Source of the DNA: a virus
Virus record (IMG/VR): IMGVR_UViG_3300007735_000791
Coordinates: 1-64,000 of that record
Strand: one strand, 5' to 3'
DNA length: 64,000 bases
Shown: piece by piece, positions 38,367-48,225 of the stretch
Layout of the letters: every line of letters begins with the position of its first letter
Numbering within the stretch: the first letter of the stretch is position 1
Program-made: the position numbers and the translations under genes
The notes under the pieces: model-generated
Told to the model about the DNA's origin: nothing
Seen by the model: only the letters and a program-made list of their open reading frames with translations
Databases searched by the model: none

Positions 38367-39903
38367 GGGAACGTTATACCCATTTCAAGAAGAAGCCCGT
38401 GAAAAAATGGTTGACAGGGGCAAGATGCTTTTAGCGGTAGTCATGGGTGGTGGCAAAACTGTAATCACTATCAACTCTCTTGAAACATTGTTTGAACAAC
38501 AAGAAATCACAAGGGCAATCATTATTGTTCCCGCATCTTTAAAGTATCAATGGCTGAGAGAAATTACAAAGTTTACAAACTCACGAGCAGTAGTAATTGA
38601 TGGCAATGCAAAAATACGAGAAACATTATGGCGTTCCGCAATACGAGCAAGGTACGTCATAGTCAATCCTGAAACTTTGTTAAACGACCAGCACATGTTT
38701 AACTCACTGCGGTTTGAAGCAATGGTTATAGATGAAGCAACAATGATTAAATCACCGCGTGCTAAACGTTCAAGGCTTCTTAAAAAACTTGGTAAAAAAT
38801 GTCAATATCGTTTTGCCTTAACTGGTCAACCAATTGAAAACAAACCAGAAGAATTGTTTTCTATTATGGAATTTGTAGATGAAACTGTGTTGGGAAGGTT
38901 TGATTGGTTTGATAAAACCTTTATTGTTCGCGACAAGTTTGGCAGACCAACACGTTATAGAAATCTAAACGTACTTAATAAATCAATGGAACTAGCAATG
39001 GTTCGTAAGAATAGAAAAGATATTCAAGACCAATTGCCCGAAGTTATATCAACAGTTATACCAGTTCAGTTTGATGAGTTGGGAGCATTGGCATATAAAA
39101 ATATTGCCAATGATTTGCTTAAACAGATACAACAGGCGCTGAACACTCATGGCAAAGGCTTTGATTTATGGTCTCACTATCATGGAAATCCAGCAGCAAA
39201 TGAAGCGCAGGGTCAAATCATGTCGCGGTTAACTATTCTGCGTATGCTTTGCGACAACCCAGAATTAGTTTTGTTCTCGGCAGAAGAGTTTGTTAGGGCA
39301 GACGGGGATGTGGGAAGTAAATACGCTAAAGAAGTTATGGACAATGGTTGGGTTAACGGCAATCTTAAAACTCCAAAAATGGATGCCGTTATTGATTATA
39401 TGACGGAGATACTACAAGAAGACCCAAACAATAAAATTGTATTGTTTTCATTTTTTAAAAAAAATCTTAAACTATTGTCTGAGAATACTAAAAGCATTAC
39501 CAAATCAGTTTTGTTTACTGGGGATATGAATTCAACTGAAAAAGATGCCGCTAAACAAAAGTTTATTAAAGACCCAAACACACGTTTGTTTTTGTCTTCA
39601 GATGCAGGTGGTTATGGTGTTGACTTACCCCAAGCCAATTACCTAATATCTTATGACCTTCCGTGGTCTGCTGGTAAATTAGACCAACGAGAGGCAAGAA
39701 TTATACGACTATCTTCACAACACCCTCACGTTACAATTGCATCATTCGTAATGAAAGGGAGTATTGAAGAAAGGCAGTATGAAATGCTTCAACAAAAGAG
39801 AGGAATTAACGAAGCGTTTATTGACAAAGGTTACGATACACAAGGTAGATTTGAGTTGACACTTAATTCATTAACAGAATTCCTACAACACTCGGAGGTG
39901 TGA
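38359..39903 (+). CDS. SNF2-family helicase
   Basis: MGGGKT, DEA, LTGQP, GVDL, Q..AR..R. Confidence 0.9.
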   Translation: MFKGTLYPFQEEAREKMVDRGKMLLAVVMGGGKTVITINSLETLFEQQEITRAIIIVPASLKYQWLREITKFTNSRAVVIDGNAKIRETLWRSAIRARYVIVNPETLLNDQHMFNSLRFEAMVIDEATMIKSPRAKRSRLLKKLGKKCQYRFALTGQPIENKPEELFSIMEFVDETVLGRFDWFDKTFIVRDKFGRPTRYRNLNVLNKSMELAMVRKNRKDIQDQLPEVISTVIPVQFDELGALAYKNIANDLLKQIQQALNTHGKGFDLWSHYHGNPAANEAQGQIMSRLTILRMLCDNPELVLFSAEEFVRADGDVGSKYAKEVMDNGWVNGNLKTPKMDAVIDYMTEILQEDPNNKIVLFSFFKKNLKLLSENTKSITKSVLFTGDMNSTEKDAAKQKFIKDPNTRLFLSSDAGGYGVDLPQANYLISYDLPWSAGKLDQREARIIRLSSQHPHVTIASFVMKGSIEERQYEMLQQKRGINEAFIDKGYDTQGRFELTLNSLTEFLQHSEV

Positions 39904-39904
39904 C

Positions 39905-40300
39905 ATGGAAAAAGAATATGACGAACAATACTTAACAAAACTTGTAGAAGACTTTGTATCACAAAAAAAACTGTTGTCTCAGTTAGAAACAAGGGTTGAC
40001 AAGATTAAAAAAGAACTAAGCACCGTTGTTGAACAACATGGAACTCCAGACGACAGCGGTCACATTTGGTTGAACATTGGTGGACACGAATTAAAACGTG
40101 AACGTCGTGTTAGCAAATCATTCAACGCAACGCAAGCGGAAGAGTGGGCACGTGAGCAAGGATTGTGGGACAACGTAAAAGAAGTTATTGAACGACTTAG
40201 CGAAGACAAACTTTTACAATTAGCATGGGAAGACAAAGCACTTCTCACGACAGTTCAAACTTTCTACACAGAAAAAGAAACTTGGGCATTTAAAGCGTGA
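39905..40300 (+). CDS. Hypothetical coiled-coil protein
   Basis: GGAGG RBS. Confidence 0.6.
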   Translation: MEKEYDEQYLTKLVEDFVSQKKLLSQLETRVDKIKKELSTVVEQHGTPDDSGHIWLNIGGHELKRERRVSKSFNATQAEEWAREQGLWDNVKEVIERLSEDKLLQLAWEDKALLTTVQTFYTEKETWAFKA

Positions 40301-40725
40301 AAGACCCGTTAGATTTTTTTAATGATTTGCCTGATTACCCTGGTGGTCGCACACCAAAAAACAGGGGTAAAAAGGTAAAAGCAATTGCCGATGATAGATA
40401 CAACGGGGCAAAGCCCAAGAAGTATATAATCAACGGTCAAGAGGTAGTGATGTTTACCATTGGCGACTTAGCCAAAGCAATAGGTAAACGTCCTTCCACG
40501 TTGCGAGTTTGGGAGCATCGTGGTTGGCTTCCCAAAGCCAAGTACCGAACACCAAAACCTGTGAAGCAACAAATTCCAGAGAAAACTTCACAAGGTAGGA
40601 GGCTTTACAGTTTAGAACAGGTAGAGTTTCTTTTTGAAGCAATGGACCGTTTTAAAGTACGTGAGATTAATCACGGAGATTGGAACGGTTTTAGAAAACA
40701 TATCAAAGATAATTGGCCCCAATAA
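40297..40725 (+). CDS. MerR-like HTH DNA-binding protein
   Basis: FTIGDLAKAIGKRPSTLRVWE..G.LP...RRLYS. Confidence 0.85.
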   Translation: MKDPLDFFNDLPDYPGGRTPKNRGKKVKAIADDRYNGAKPKKYIINGQEVVMFTIGDLAKAIGKRPSTLRVWEHRGWLPKAKYRTPKPVKQQIPEKTSQGRRLYSLEQVEFLFEAMDRFKVREINHGDWNGFRKHIKDNWPQ

Positions 40726-40745
40726 ACACACAAAGGAAAAATACA

Positions 40746-41408
40746 ATGCCAAGAAATTATGACGTAGTAGAATTAACACCGAATACAGAGCAGGACACAC
40801 CTGCTCCAGAAGAATCAACTCGCAAACTACTTCGCGGTGGTTGGCAACAAGTTGATGTTTTGAAAAGCGCAGACTCTCAGTACGCACAGCGTTTGAAAGT
40901 TTCTGAGGACGTTCAAGTAATCAAGTTTTTGGACGACGAACCATTTGCAGCATGGCACCAACACTGGGTAGAGCGTGAAGGTCAGAAATCCTTTATCTGC
41001 TTGCGTGACCTTGAAGAGCGTGGATGCCCACTGTGTGAGACAGGTAATCGTCCGTCACAACGCATTGCGTTTAACGTTGCATTGTTGGCTGTAGGAGCCA
41101 AACCAGTAGTTCGTTCATTTGAAGTAGGACCACGAGTTGTTGACCAACTTCGCAATTTGAACAAAGCACCTCAAACTGGTCCATTGACCAAACACTATTG
41201 GGCTGTAAGTCGCACAGGTAAGGGCGCTACAACTGCATACAATTTGCAGGCTATTCGTGCTCGCGACCTACAAGAAGAATGGAAGATGGAAGAGATTGAC
41301 GAAACTTTCATGTCGTCATTGCGTGAAGACCGTTATGACGCAAGCATCATGAAGGTTCCTACCTACGCAGACCTTCTTTCAGTTGCATCAGAAGATTTAG
41401 GGAAGTAG
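40746..41408 (+). CDS. Single-stranded DNA-binding protein (gp32-like, zinc-binding)
   Basis: IKFLD, HQHW, C..CPLC, RTGKG..T.Y; lies upstream of the polymerase. Confidence 0.7.
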   Translation: MPRNYDVVELTPNTEQDTPAPEESTRKLLRGGWQQVDVLKSADSQYAQRLKVSEDVQVIKFLDDEPFAAWHQHWVEREGQKSFICLRDLEERGCPLCETGNRPSQRIAFNVALLAVGAKPVVRSFEVGPRVVDQLRNLNKAPQTGPLTKHYWAVSRTGKGATTAYNLQAIRARDLQEEWKMEEIDETFMSSLREDRYDASIMKVPTYADLLSVASEDLGK

Positions 41409-41411
41409 ATA

Positions 41412-43472
41412 ATGGGGAGCGTAAAACCTCCCATTATCACAACCTTAGAAGAACTTGATGAACTTATTAGCGTTGTTAATGAGGTTGGGGCGTTTGCTTT
41501 TGACGTTGAAACACAGTCAGTGCTTGAGCATCACCCCGACCTATTACAACACTTAGAAAAAGATTTTCAAGAACATGTTAAGGGTTTAAAAAGCAAAAGC
41601 CCTGACATTATTCAAAGAGCACATGATAATTTGGTAGAAGAATACCTTAAAGAGATAGCAGTAAATCCTTTACGCAATGAAGTGTTTTGGATTGGAATTG
41701 CAACTAAAGGTCACTCATGGGCAATACCAATGGGTCACAAAGTTGGTCCGTTGCTAGAAGCAGAAGAGGTGGGAGATGGAAGCACAGTACCACCTGTTGG
41801 CTATCGTAAAAAGTTAAAAAATGGTCAAGAGTCCATGGCAAAGGCTAGATACATAAAGCCCGCTGTTTATGCTGAGCCAATAAAACAATTATCACGAAGC
41901 GTTGTCTTTGAACGTTTAAAGCCTTTGTTTTTTAGCGACCTAATTAAAGTTGGTCAAAACGTTAAGTTTGATGCACGGTCTATTTCAAAGTACTACGGTG
42001 CTATACCACCAGGACCTTATGTTGACACAATGCTTTTACAACATTTGGTTAACGAGAACTTAACCAACTACTCACTTGAAACAATCATTGAAAATAATTA
42101 CAACGGTCATAAAGCATATGAACGTGGTGGAAAACTTGGCAAAAGTATAAGCAAGGTAACTATTGACGACGCCTCATTGTACGTGCATCGTGACGCTCGT
42201 TGGACTTGGATGCTGTATACACGCTTGTTAAAGAAGGTAAACGCCTACGCTGACCTTCGCAAAGCCATGACTTTAGATAGTCAAGTTTTAGAAGTGTTAA
42301 TGGAAATGGAAAATCAAGGCATTCCAGTTGACGTTAACAACTTAACAGTTCTAGAAAAAGACTTAGACCAAGAGTTAAAAGAAGTGCATGACAACATTTT
42401 AAAGTATGCACCAGTTGGTTTTAACCCTGATTCTAATAAACATAAACAAACATTTTTGTTTAATAAAAAATCAGAAGGTGGACTGGGACTTAAACCATAT
42501 AAGAAGACTGGAAAAGGAGCACCGTCTGTTGACGAAGAATCTTTAAAGAGTCTTCAACATAAACACGAAGTTGTAGCCCAGTTACTAAAATGGGCAGAAC
42601 TACAGAAGTTAAAATCAACTTACGTAAACGGATTGATACCAAAACTATATAAAAATAAACTTCACCCATCTTTTCATTTACATAGAACCGCTACTGGGCG
42701 ACTATCTTCTTCTAATCCAAACCTTCAAAACATTCCAAGAACATCAAACATTAGAAAGTTGTTTGTTGCCTTAGACCCAAACGTTTTATTAGTTGCTGAC
42801 TACGACCAAATTGAATTGAGAGTTATGGCTATGTTCAGCCAAGACAAACGTTTGTTGCATGTCTTTGCCAATGACGAAGACATTCACACCGCTACTGCAT
42901 CGGCTGTCTTTAAGAAAAAACCAGAGAACGTTACTTCTGAAGAACGACAGATAGGCAAAGGTGTTAACTTTCTAACCGCATACGGTGGTGGTTCTATAAA
43001 ACTTGCACGAGTTACTGGCATTCCAAAACATGAAGCAGAAGAGATATTAAATAATTATTATAAAAGTTTTTACGAATTGACTGCTTGGAAACGGCAAGTT
43101 ATTGCAAAAGCCAAAAAAGACGGTTATGTATCTACTTTATATGGACGCAGGAGAAGGCTTCCAGATTTGTCATCAAGCAATGATGAGTTGCGGTCTAGGG
43201 CTGAAAGACAGGCTGTTAACGCGATAGTTCAAGGAACTGCCGCGGACATTTGTAAACAAGCAATGGTTGATGTTCATAAAGCCATGAGCGGAACCAGTGT
43301 AAAATTATTAGTGCAGGTTCATGACGAACTTGTAGCAATGGTAAACGAAACAGATAGGGTTGATATTCTTAATCCTTTTATTAACGCTATGGGAGACGGT
43401 ATGGTTTTAGAGAAAGTGCCAATTAAGGTTTCCCATCAATTTGCCAAGAGTTGGGCAGAGGCAAAAGAATGA
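41412..43472 (+). CDS. polA: Family A DNA polymerase (3'-5' exonuclease + polymerase)
   Basis: DVET, NVKFD, TGRLSS.NPNLQNIP, DYDQIELR, KGVNF..AYG, VHDE. Confidence 0.95.
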   Translation: MGSVKPPIITTLEELDELISVVNEVGAFAFDVETQSVLEHHPDLLQHLEKDFQEHVKGLKSKSPDIIQRAHDNLVEEYLKEIAVNPLRNEVFWIGIATKGHSWAIPMGHKVGPLLEAEEVGDGSTVPPVGYRKKLKNGQESMAKARYIKPAVYAEPIKQLSRSVVFERLKPLFFSDLIKVGQNVKFDARSISKYYGAIPPGPYVDTMLLQHLVNENLTNYSLETIIENNYNGHKAYERGGKLGKSISKVTIDDASLYVHRDARWTWMLYTRLLKKVNAYADLRKAMTLDSQVLEVLMEMENQGIPVDVNNLTVLEKDLDQELKEVHDNILKYAPVGFNPDSNKHKQTFLFNKKSEGGLGLKPYKKTGKGAPSVDEESLKSLQHKHEVVAQLLKWAELQKLKSTYVNGLIPKLYKNKLHPSFHLHRTATGRLSSSNPNLQNIPRTSNIRKLFVALDPNVLLVADYDQIELRVMAMFSQDKRLLHVFANDEDIHTATASAVFKKKPENVTSEERQIGKGVNFLTAYGGGSIKLARVTGIPKHEAEEILNNYYKSFYELTAWKRQVIAKAKKDGYVSTLYGRRRRLPDLSSSNDELRSRAERQAVNAIVQGTAADICKQAMVDVHKAMSGTSVKLLVQVHDELVAMVNETDRVDILNPFINAMGDGMVLEKVPIKVSHQFAKSWAEAKE

Positions 43473-43849
43473 GCGATATAGAAAGCGTAGTTGATAAACG
43501 ACTGTTCTACTTGATGCTGTCAATAGGTCAAGGGCAAGAGTTTGCTAACTTCATGGGCTTTTCTAATCCGTCTAATGACGTGGAACAAGCAGAAATATAC
43601 GACGTTGCCAGCAGATGGGCATTGTTTGTTAATCAAGGAGTTTTAGAAAGTATTGAAGAATCAGCCAATTGGGTGCTAGACTTTCTTGAGAAAAGTGATA
43701 AACTTTCAAACCCTAAAGAAGAAGTGCTCCCGTTGTTTGTAGCATACGGAGTTTCTTTATTAAATAAAATGTTAGAAAGTGGAAATCTTTCTATTATCAT
43801 AGACGAAGAAGCATTATTAAATTGGCAGGAAGTAGAAGAAGATGAGTGA
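43469..43849 (+). CDS. Hypothetical acidic protein
   Basis: ATGA overlap with polA. Confidence 0.6.
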   Translation: MSDIESVVDKRLFYLMLSIGQGQEFANFMGFSNPSNDVEQAEIYDVASRWALFVNQGVLESIEESANWVLDFLEKSDKLSNPKEEVLPLFVAYGVSLLNKMLESGNLSIIIDEEALLNWQEVEEDE

Positions 43850-44204
43850 CTGGTGGGACAAAAAGTTAAAAGGCGAGAAACCAACGCCACAACCGATATA
43901 TCCAAATCCTGTTACGTATAGCAATCGTCCTGTTCAAACGGTAGAAACACAAACAGTTCAACATAATTTGCCTCCAAACACCCAGTTAACCACTGGACAA
44001 GCGATTAGAATGTGGAAAGGAGGAGAAGCGCATCAACGTGAAGGTAGCATGAGGTGTCCAGAATGTGGAAGCCGAAATGTATTTTCACGTGTTGGAAAAG
44101 GTTCTAACAGTATGGTTAATGGAGCAGCACCAGCCCCACGTTGTTTTGAGTGTGGTTGGAACGGTAAATTTTCACAAGCAGACCAATCAAATTGGGCAAT
44201 ATAA
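43842..44204 (+). CDS. Zinc-ribbon protein
   Basis: CPECGS...CFECG. Confidence 0.65.
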   Translation: MSDWWDKKLKGEKPTPQPIYPNPVTYSNRPVQTVETQTVQHNLPPNTQLTTGQAIRMWKGGEAHQREGSMRCPECGSRNVFSRVGKGSNSMVNGAAPAPRCFECGWNGKFSQADQSNWAI

Positions 44205-44215
44205 AGGATTATCAC

Positions 44216-45244
44216 ATGACAGATTACGAATCATTGGCATCAATTGTTTCCGCTATTCAAAAAAAGTATGGCGACGATGTTCTGATTAAAGGTTCAGACA
44301 TAAAAGAAGAAGTGCCTCGCATAACTACTGGCATACTTGCTTATGACTTGATGCTTGGTGGAGGATGGCCTTTAAACCAATGGTCAGAGATTATTGGTGA
44401 GGAATCATCTGGAAAGACAGCACTTGCATATAAAACTATTGCTGCTAATCAAGCAATTAATCCAGACTTTGTTGCTATGTGGATTGCTGCTGAGACTTAT
44501 GTTCCTCAATACGCACGAGCCATTGGAGTTGACCTAGAACGTTTGTGGGTTGTAGAAACCAACATCATGGAACAAGTTTATGATTTGGTTATTAAAGCAT
44601 TGGACAATCGCGCTGTTGACATGATTGTCATTGACTCGTTGCCATCGCTGGTTCCAGGAGACGAATCAGAAAAAATGATGGAAGAGTTTACAGTTGGTTT
44701 GGGTGCTCGTTTAACTGGCAAGTTCTTTCGCAAATCATCAAAGGCTCAACGCCGTTCCCTTATTAACGAAGACCGTCCTTGCACTGGGTTAGTCATAAAC
44801 CAATGGCGTGAGAAGATTGGTGTCATGTGGGGAGACAACCGAACCACACCTGGTGGCAAAGCCAAAAACTTTCACTACTTCAGTCGTGTTGAAGTTAAAC
44901 GAGACGAATGGATTAAAGAAAAAGAAGAAGCCATTGGTCAGACAATAAAGGCTCGCACAATCAAAAACAAAACTTACCGACCTCAACAAACCGCAGTTGT
45001 TGATTTTTATTTTACAAGCGCTGGTGGGTTTCGTTTAGGAGAGTTTGACGTCATTAAAGACGTCGTAAACATTGGCATTGCTGTTGGTTTAATTACTCGT
45101 TCTGGTCCATATTATTCTTATGGAACTCAAAAATGGCAAGGCAAAGACGCACTGGTATTGGCAATTCGTGAGGATTTAGACCTTCAACAAAAACTTAAGA
45201 AAGAAGCCTTTGACCACTTTAATCTTCGGGTTCCCACTCAATGA
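44216..45244 (+). CDS. recA: RecA-like recombinase
   Basis: LGGG.P, GEESSGKT, IDS, INQWR.KIG, TPGG.A. Confidence 0.93.
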   Translation: MTDYESLASIVSAIQKKYGDDVLIKGSDIKEEVPRITTGILAYDLMLGGGWPLNQWSEIIGEESSGKTALAYKTIAANQAINPDFVAMWIAAETYVPQYARAIGVDLERLWVVETNIMEQVYDLVIKALDNRAVDMIVIDSLPSLVPGDESEKMMEEFTVGLGARLTGKFFRKSSKAQRRSLINEDRPCTGLVINQWREKIGVMWGDNRTTPGGKAKNFHYFSRVEVKRDEWIKEKEEAIGQTIKARTIKNKTYRPQQTAVVDFYFTSAGGFRLGEFDVIKDVVNIGIAVGLITRSGPYYSYGTQKWQGKDALVLAIREDLDLQQKLKKEAFDHFNLRVPTQ

Positions 45245-45570
45245 TTCTTGGAGGAGATGGAGAACATAAACGAAGATTGAAGAAGTCTCGTAAACAGGAA
45301 GAAAAAACTGCTGCTCGTTATAAGGGCAGTAGGAACGCAGGTTCAGGGTCTGGATGGATGCGAAAGAACGACGTACGAAGCCACGAATTTCTTATTGAGA
45401 ATAAGTTTACGGACAATCTTAAACAGTATTCAGTAAAGATAAAAGACTTGATTGAGTTAGAACAACGGGCTATCTTTGAAGACAGAATTCCATTACTACA
45501 ATTTGAGATACAAAATAGGCGTTACGTGATTTTAACAGAAGATGATTTTACGAGTATGTTAAATGGCTGA
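45241..45570 (+). CDS. PD-(D/E)xK nuclease (resolvase-like)
   Basis: QE...A...GSG...K.DV.....IENK.T. Confidence 0.7.
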   Translation: MILGGDGEHKRRLKKSRKQEEKTAARYKGSRNAGSGSGWMRKNDVRSHEFLIENKFTDNLKQYSVKIKDLIELEQRAIFEDRIPLLQFEIQNRRYVILTEDDFTSMLNG

Positions 45571-46462
45571 GTTAACTAGCGCAGACTTAGAGAGTCTTAA
45601 AAAGAATCTCAGAACAAAAGGTCGGTTGTTACCCATTGTTGCTGCTCAAGTAGAACTTGAAAACAATGAGAACACTCGCGAACGAGATACGGACTACTTG
45701 CACCCCAGTCAAATTTGCAAACGCGATTGGTGTCCACGTTCATCAATGTACGAAATAAACAAAGAACCAGCAGACAAGGTTAAATCACACTCGTTTCAAA
45801 CCTTAAACATCTTTAGAACTGGTCATGACATTCACGAAAAGTGGCAAGGTTGGTTAGAGCGTTCTGGATTGATGAAACAATCAGAACTAAACATCTTTAA
45901 CGAAGAGTGCCATATAAAAGGAAATGCAGATGGTTTGATTGAAGATGCAATGGGCGAAGCCATACTAGAAATTAAAAGCGTAGGTGTTGGCACCGTTCGC
46001 ATGGAAAACATAGATTTGTACAAAGAGTATGACTCAGGAACTATAAGCATGGACGAGTTGTGGAAAAGGATAAGACAACCGTTTAGCACGCACCTTCGTC
46101 AGATTAATTTGTACATGTATGCAACAGGTGTACATCAAGGCATTATTTTGTACGAATGGAAACCAACTCAAGCAATTAAAGAGTTTGATGTTACTTATCA
46201 ACCAGCGTTGATTGAACATATTCTTGCCGCCGCACAACTTGTCAAACAACACCTAGAACAAGGTACTATTATTGACCGCCCTACTTGGGCAACAGAAGAC
46301 CATAAAACTTGTAAACAATGTCCATACAAAACAACATGTTGGAGGAACGATGCTGATAGACGACAGACTGACAAACAGCCAAGCAATGAAGAACTTTCTG
46401 GAGAAGTTTTCTCTTCCAGACAGGCCGAAAGGAAACTTACCAGAGATTCCAAAACATCTTGA
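45563..46462 (+). CDS. Cas4/RecB-family exonuclease with four Cys
   Basis: HPS...CPR, G..IH, G.ADG, EIKS, Q...Y, C..CPY...C. Confidence 0.85.
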   Translation: MAELTSADLESLKKNLRTKGRLLPIVAAQVELENNENTRERDTDYLHPSQICKRDWCPRSSMYEINKEPADKVKSHSFQTLNIFRTGHDIHEKWQGWLERSGLMKQSELNIFNEECHIKGNADGLIEDAMGEAILEIKSVGVGTVRMENIDLYKEYDSGTISMDELWKRIRQPFSTHLRQINLYMYATGVHQGIILYEWKPTQAIKEFDVTYQPALIEHILAAAQLVKQHLEQGTIIDRPTWATEDHKTCKQCPYKTTCWRNDADRRQTDKQPSNEELSGEVFSSRQAERKLTRDSKTS

Positions 46463-46841
46463 CGATTTGTCTGATGCTGATTTAATGGAACACTATTCTG
46501 AGTTCATGGCTTGGATTACATATTCTAAAACAGAATTAGTCACTGCTGAAATTACAGAAGAACGTTGTGCTAACGACGTTAAGTTGATAGAAGCAAAAAC
46601 TTTGATTTTACAATGGAGCGGGGATAAGAACGATACCGTTACTTTGGCTAAGGCTCGCCGTGATACCGATGACAATGTTGTAAGTCTTCAAGAGTTACAC
46701 CTTAATTCACGAGCCTATAGAAAATTAGTAGAGTCAGTCTTTGAGCGGTGTGAACGTGGTGCTCAAATACTGTCACGAGAGTTGAGTCGTCGCATTAGTG
46801 TTGCTCCTCAAGAAAGGCGTTTGGCTAGGTATCAACCGTGA
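46350..46841 (+). CDS. Helical protein, possible UvsY-like recombination mediator
   Basis: GGAGG RBS at 46341; all-helical composition; LSRELSRR near the end; recA neighbourhood. Confidence 0.45.
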   Translation: MLIDDRLTNSQAMKNFLEKFSLPDRPKGNLPEIPKHLDDLSDADLMEHYSEFMAWITYSKTELVTAEITEERCANDVKLIEAKTLILQWSGDKNDTVTLAKARRDTDDNVVSLQELHLNSRAYRKLVESVFERCERGAQILSRELSRRISVAPQERRLARYQP

Positions 46842-47008
46842 CAACTATCAGTGTTACGTGTTTAAAATGCAACGAAACTTTATTTCATAATCCACGTCAA
46901 ATAACTGGCTGTGTTTGCGACCCAGATGCTCCAACGTGGGTTTATATTGAACGAGATGGAACTGTAAAAGGGTTTAGTCAAGCAAAGTGGATTGTAAATG
47001 GGCAATAA
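46838..47008 (+). CDS. Small Cys-containing protein (56 aa, not in ORF track)
   Basis: GTGA overlap; CLKC...GCVC. Confidence 0.65.
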   Translation: MTTISVTCLKCNETLFHNPRQITGCVCDPDAPTWVYIERDGTVKGFSQAKWIVNGQ

Positions 47009-47363
47009 ACATAAAGCCAAAGGAACGGCGTTTGAAACGCTGATTAAAGATTACTTAATATCCAAAAACTTTACAGAAGCACGTAGAGCAGTATTAGCAG
47101 GAGAAAATGACACTGGTGATATACACGGTATACAGCAAGAAACAACACTTCGTAACGCTTGTTTACAATGTAAGAACCAAAAGAAATGGGATTTAAGTGG
47201 TTGGTTAAACGCAACAATTGAACAGGCACGTCGTTTAAAAAATGCCCTTCCAGTTTTAATTGTAAAACGTCCTGGAAAAGGGTCAAAAGCAGTCGGAGAC
47301 TCATATGTTGTGATGAGGTTGGATGACTTTGTAGAACTACTACGAGAGGCTAATTACAAGTAA
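46998..47363 (+). CDS. Holliday junction resolvase (Hjc-like)
   Basis: K.KGTAFE...Y, DTGDI.G, QCKN, IVKR. Confidence 0.8.
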   Translation: MGNKHKAKGTAFETLIKDYLISKNFTEARRAVLAGENDTGDIHGIQQETTLRNACLQCKNQKKWDLSGWLNATIEQARRLKNALPVLIVKRPGKGSKAVGDSYVVMRLDDFVELLREANYK

Positions 47364-47399
47364 CCTAGTTATGTAACAATTTGATTAACTAGGAGTATT

Positions 47400-47690
47400 A
47401 TGTCTCAAGAACTAAACGCAAACATTGACGATTTTCTAAAAGTCTCTGGAAGTAGCAGTCCACAAAGTGTTGGCTCAATCATTGCTCGTGCTGTCAATGC
47501 AGGGCAGTATCCAAAGATTCGCGCTATTGGTGCTGGCGCTGTAAACCAAGCAGTAAAAGCATGTGCTATTGCTCGTGGTTTTGTTGCACCAAGAGGATTA
47601 GACCTCGTTTACATCATTGGATTTGATGATATTATTGGAGAGAACGGTGAAAACATCTCAGCAATATCATTTAAACCCGTAGTGAGGTAA
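47400..47690 (+). CDS. spoVS: SpoVS-family protein
   Basis: LKVS..S.P.SV..., AIGAGAVNQAVKA.AIARGF. Confidence 0.88.
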   Translation: MSQELNANIDDFLKVSGSSSPQSVGSIIARAVNAGQYPKIRAIGAGAVNQAVKACAIARGFVAPRGLDLVYIIGFDDIIGENGENISAISFKPVVR

Positions 47691-47692
47691 GC

Positions 47693-48082
47693 ATGGCAAC
47701 ACATGACAGAGCAGGAAATGCATACGGCTCTCCTGCTACAGCAAAAACTAACGCACAACGTGGAAGTCGTGATGTGGCTGGTGGAGGAGTTGTAGCAAGG
47801 TACTCTGCCGCAACTCGCAATGCACAACCGATAACTCCAGAGCAAGAAAAATCTAGCATTGCTGCTGGTAAAACTCCTCAATCTCAATTAGGAAGTCAAG
47901 CAGAATATAAAGTTACAAATGCTTCCAATGCTCCTAAAGGCGCAACAATGAATCAAGTAAAAAGTGCTTACAAAACCGCTCGTAAAAGTGGCATGAGTCC
48001 TGATGATGCACGTGGACAAGCGCTCAATAGTAATCAAAGACAAATAAAAATGTCTAGTGATGCTTACGGTAATCAAGTTTAA
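47693..48082 (+). CDS. Low-complexity basic protein
   Basis: GAGG RBS; A/Q/S/K-rich. Confidence 0.65.
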   Translation: MATHDRAGNAYGSPATAKTNAQRGSRDVAGGGVVARYSAATRNAQPITPEQEKSSIAAGKTPQSQLGSQAEYKVTNASNAPKGATMNQVKSAYKTARKSGMSPDDARGQALNSNQRQIKMSSDAYGNQV

Positions 48083-48084
48083 AT

Positions 48085-48225
48085 ATGTCTGAAGGTCGTC
48101 GCAAACCAGGGTCTCGTAGCAAGACTCGTTACTACCGAAAGAAAGGACAAGTGCGTCCCGTTTCACCATTTGGTGGTGCCGCAGGTGGTTTTATGGGTGG
48201 ACCTAGTGCAGGTGGAATGTCGTAG
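48085..48225 (+). CDS. 46-aa R/K-rich, then Gly-rich, peptide (not in ORF track)
   Basis: MSEGRRKPGSRSKTRYYRKKGQVRPVSPFGGAAGGFMGGPSAGGMS*; TAGTG overlap with the next gene. Confidence 0.6.
   Translation: MSEGRRKPGSRSKTRYYRKKGQVRPVSPFGGAAGGFMGGPSAGGMS

Noticed and set aside
45563-46462. Cas4-like gene as evidence of a CRISPR-Cas system
   Set aside because: No repeat-spacer array or other cas genes; standalone Cas4/RecB nucleases are common in phage recombination modules.
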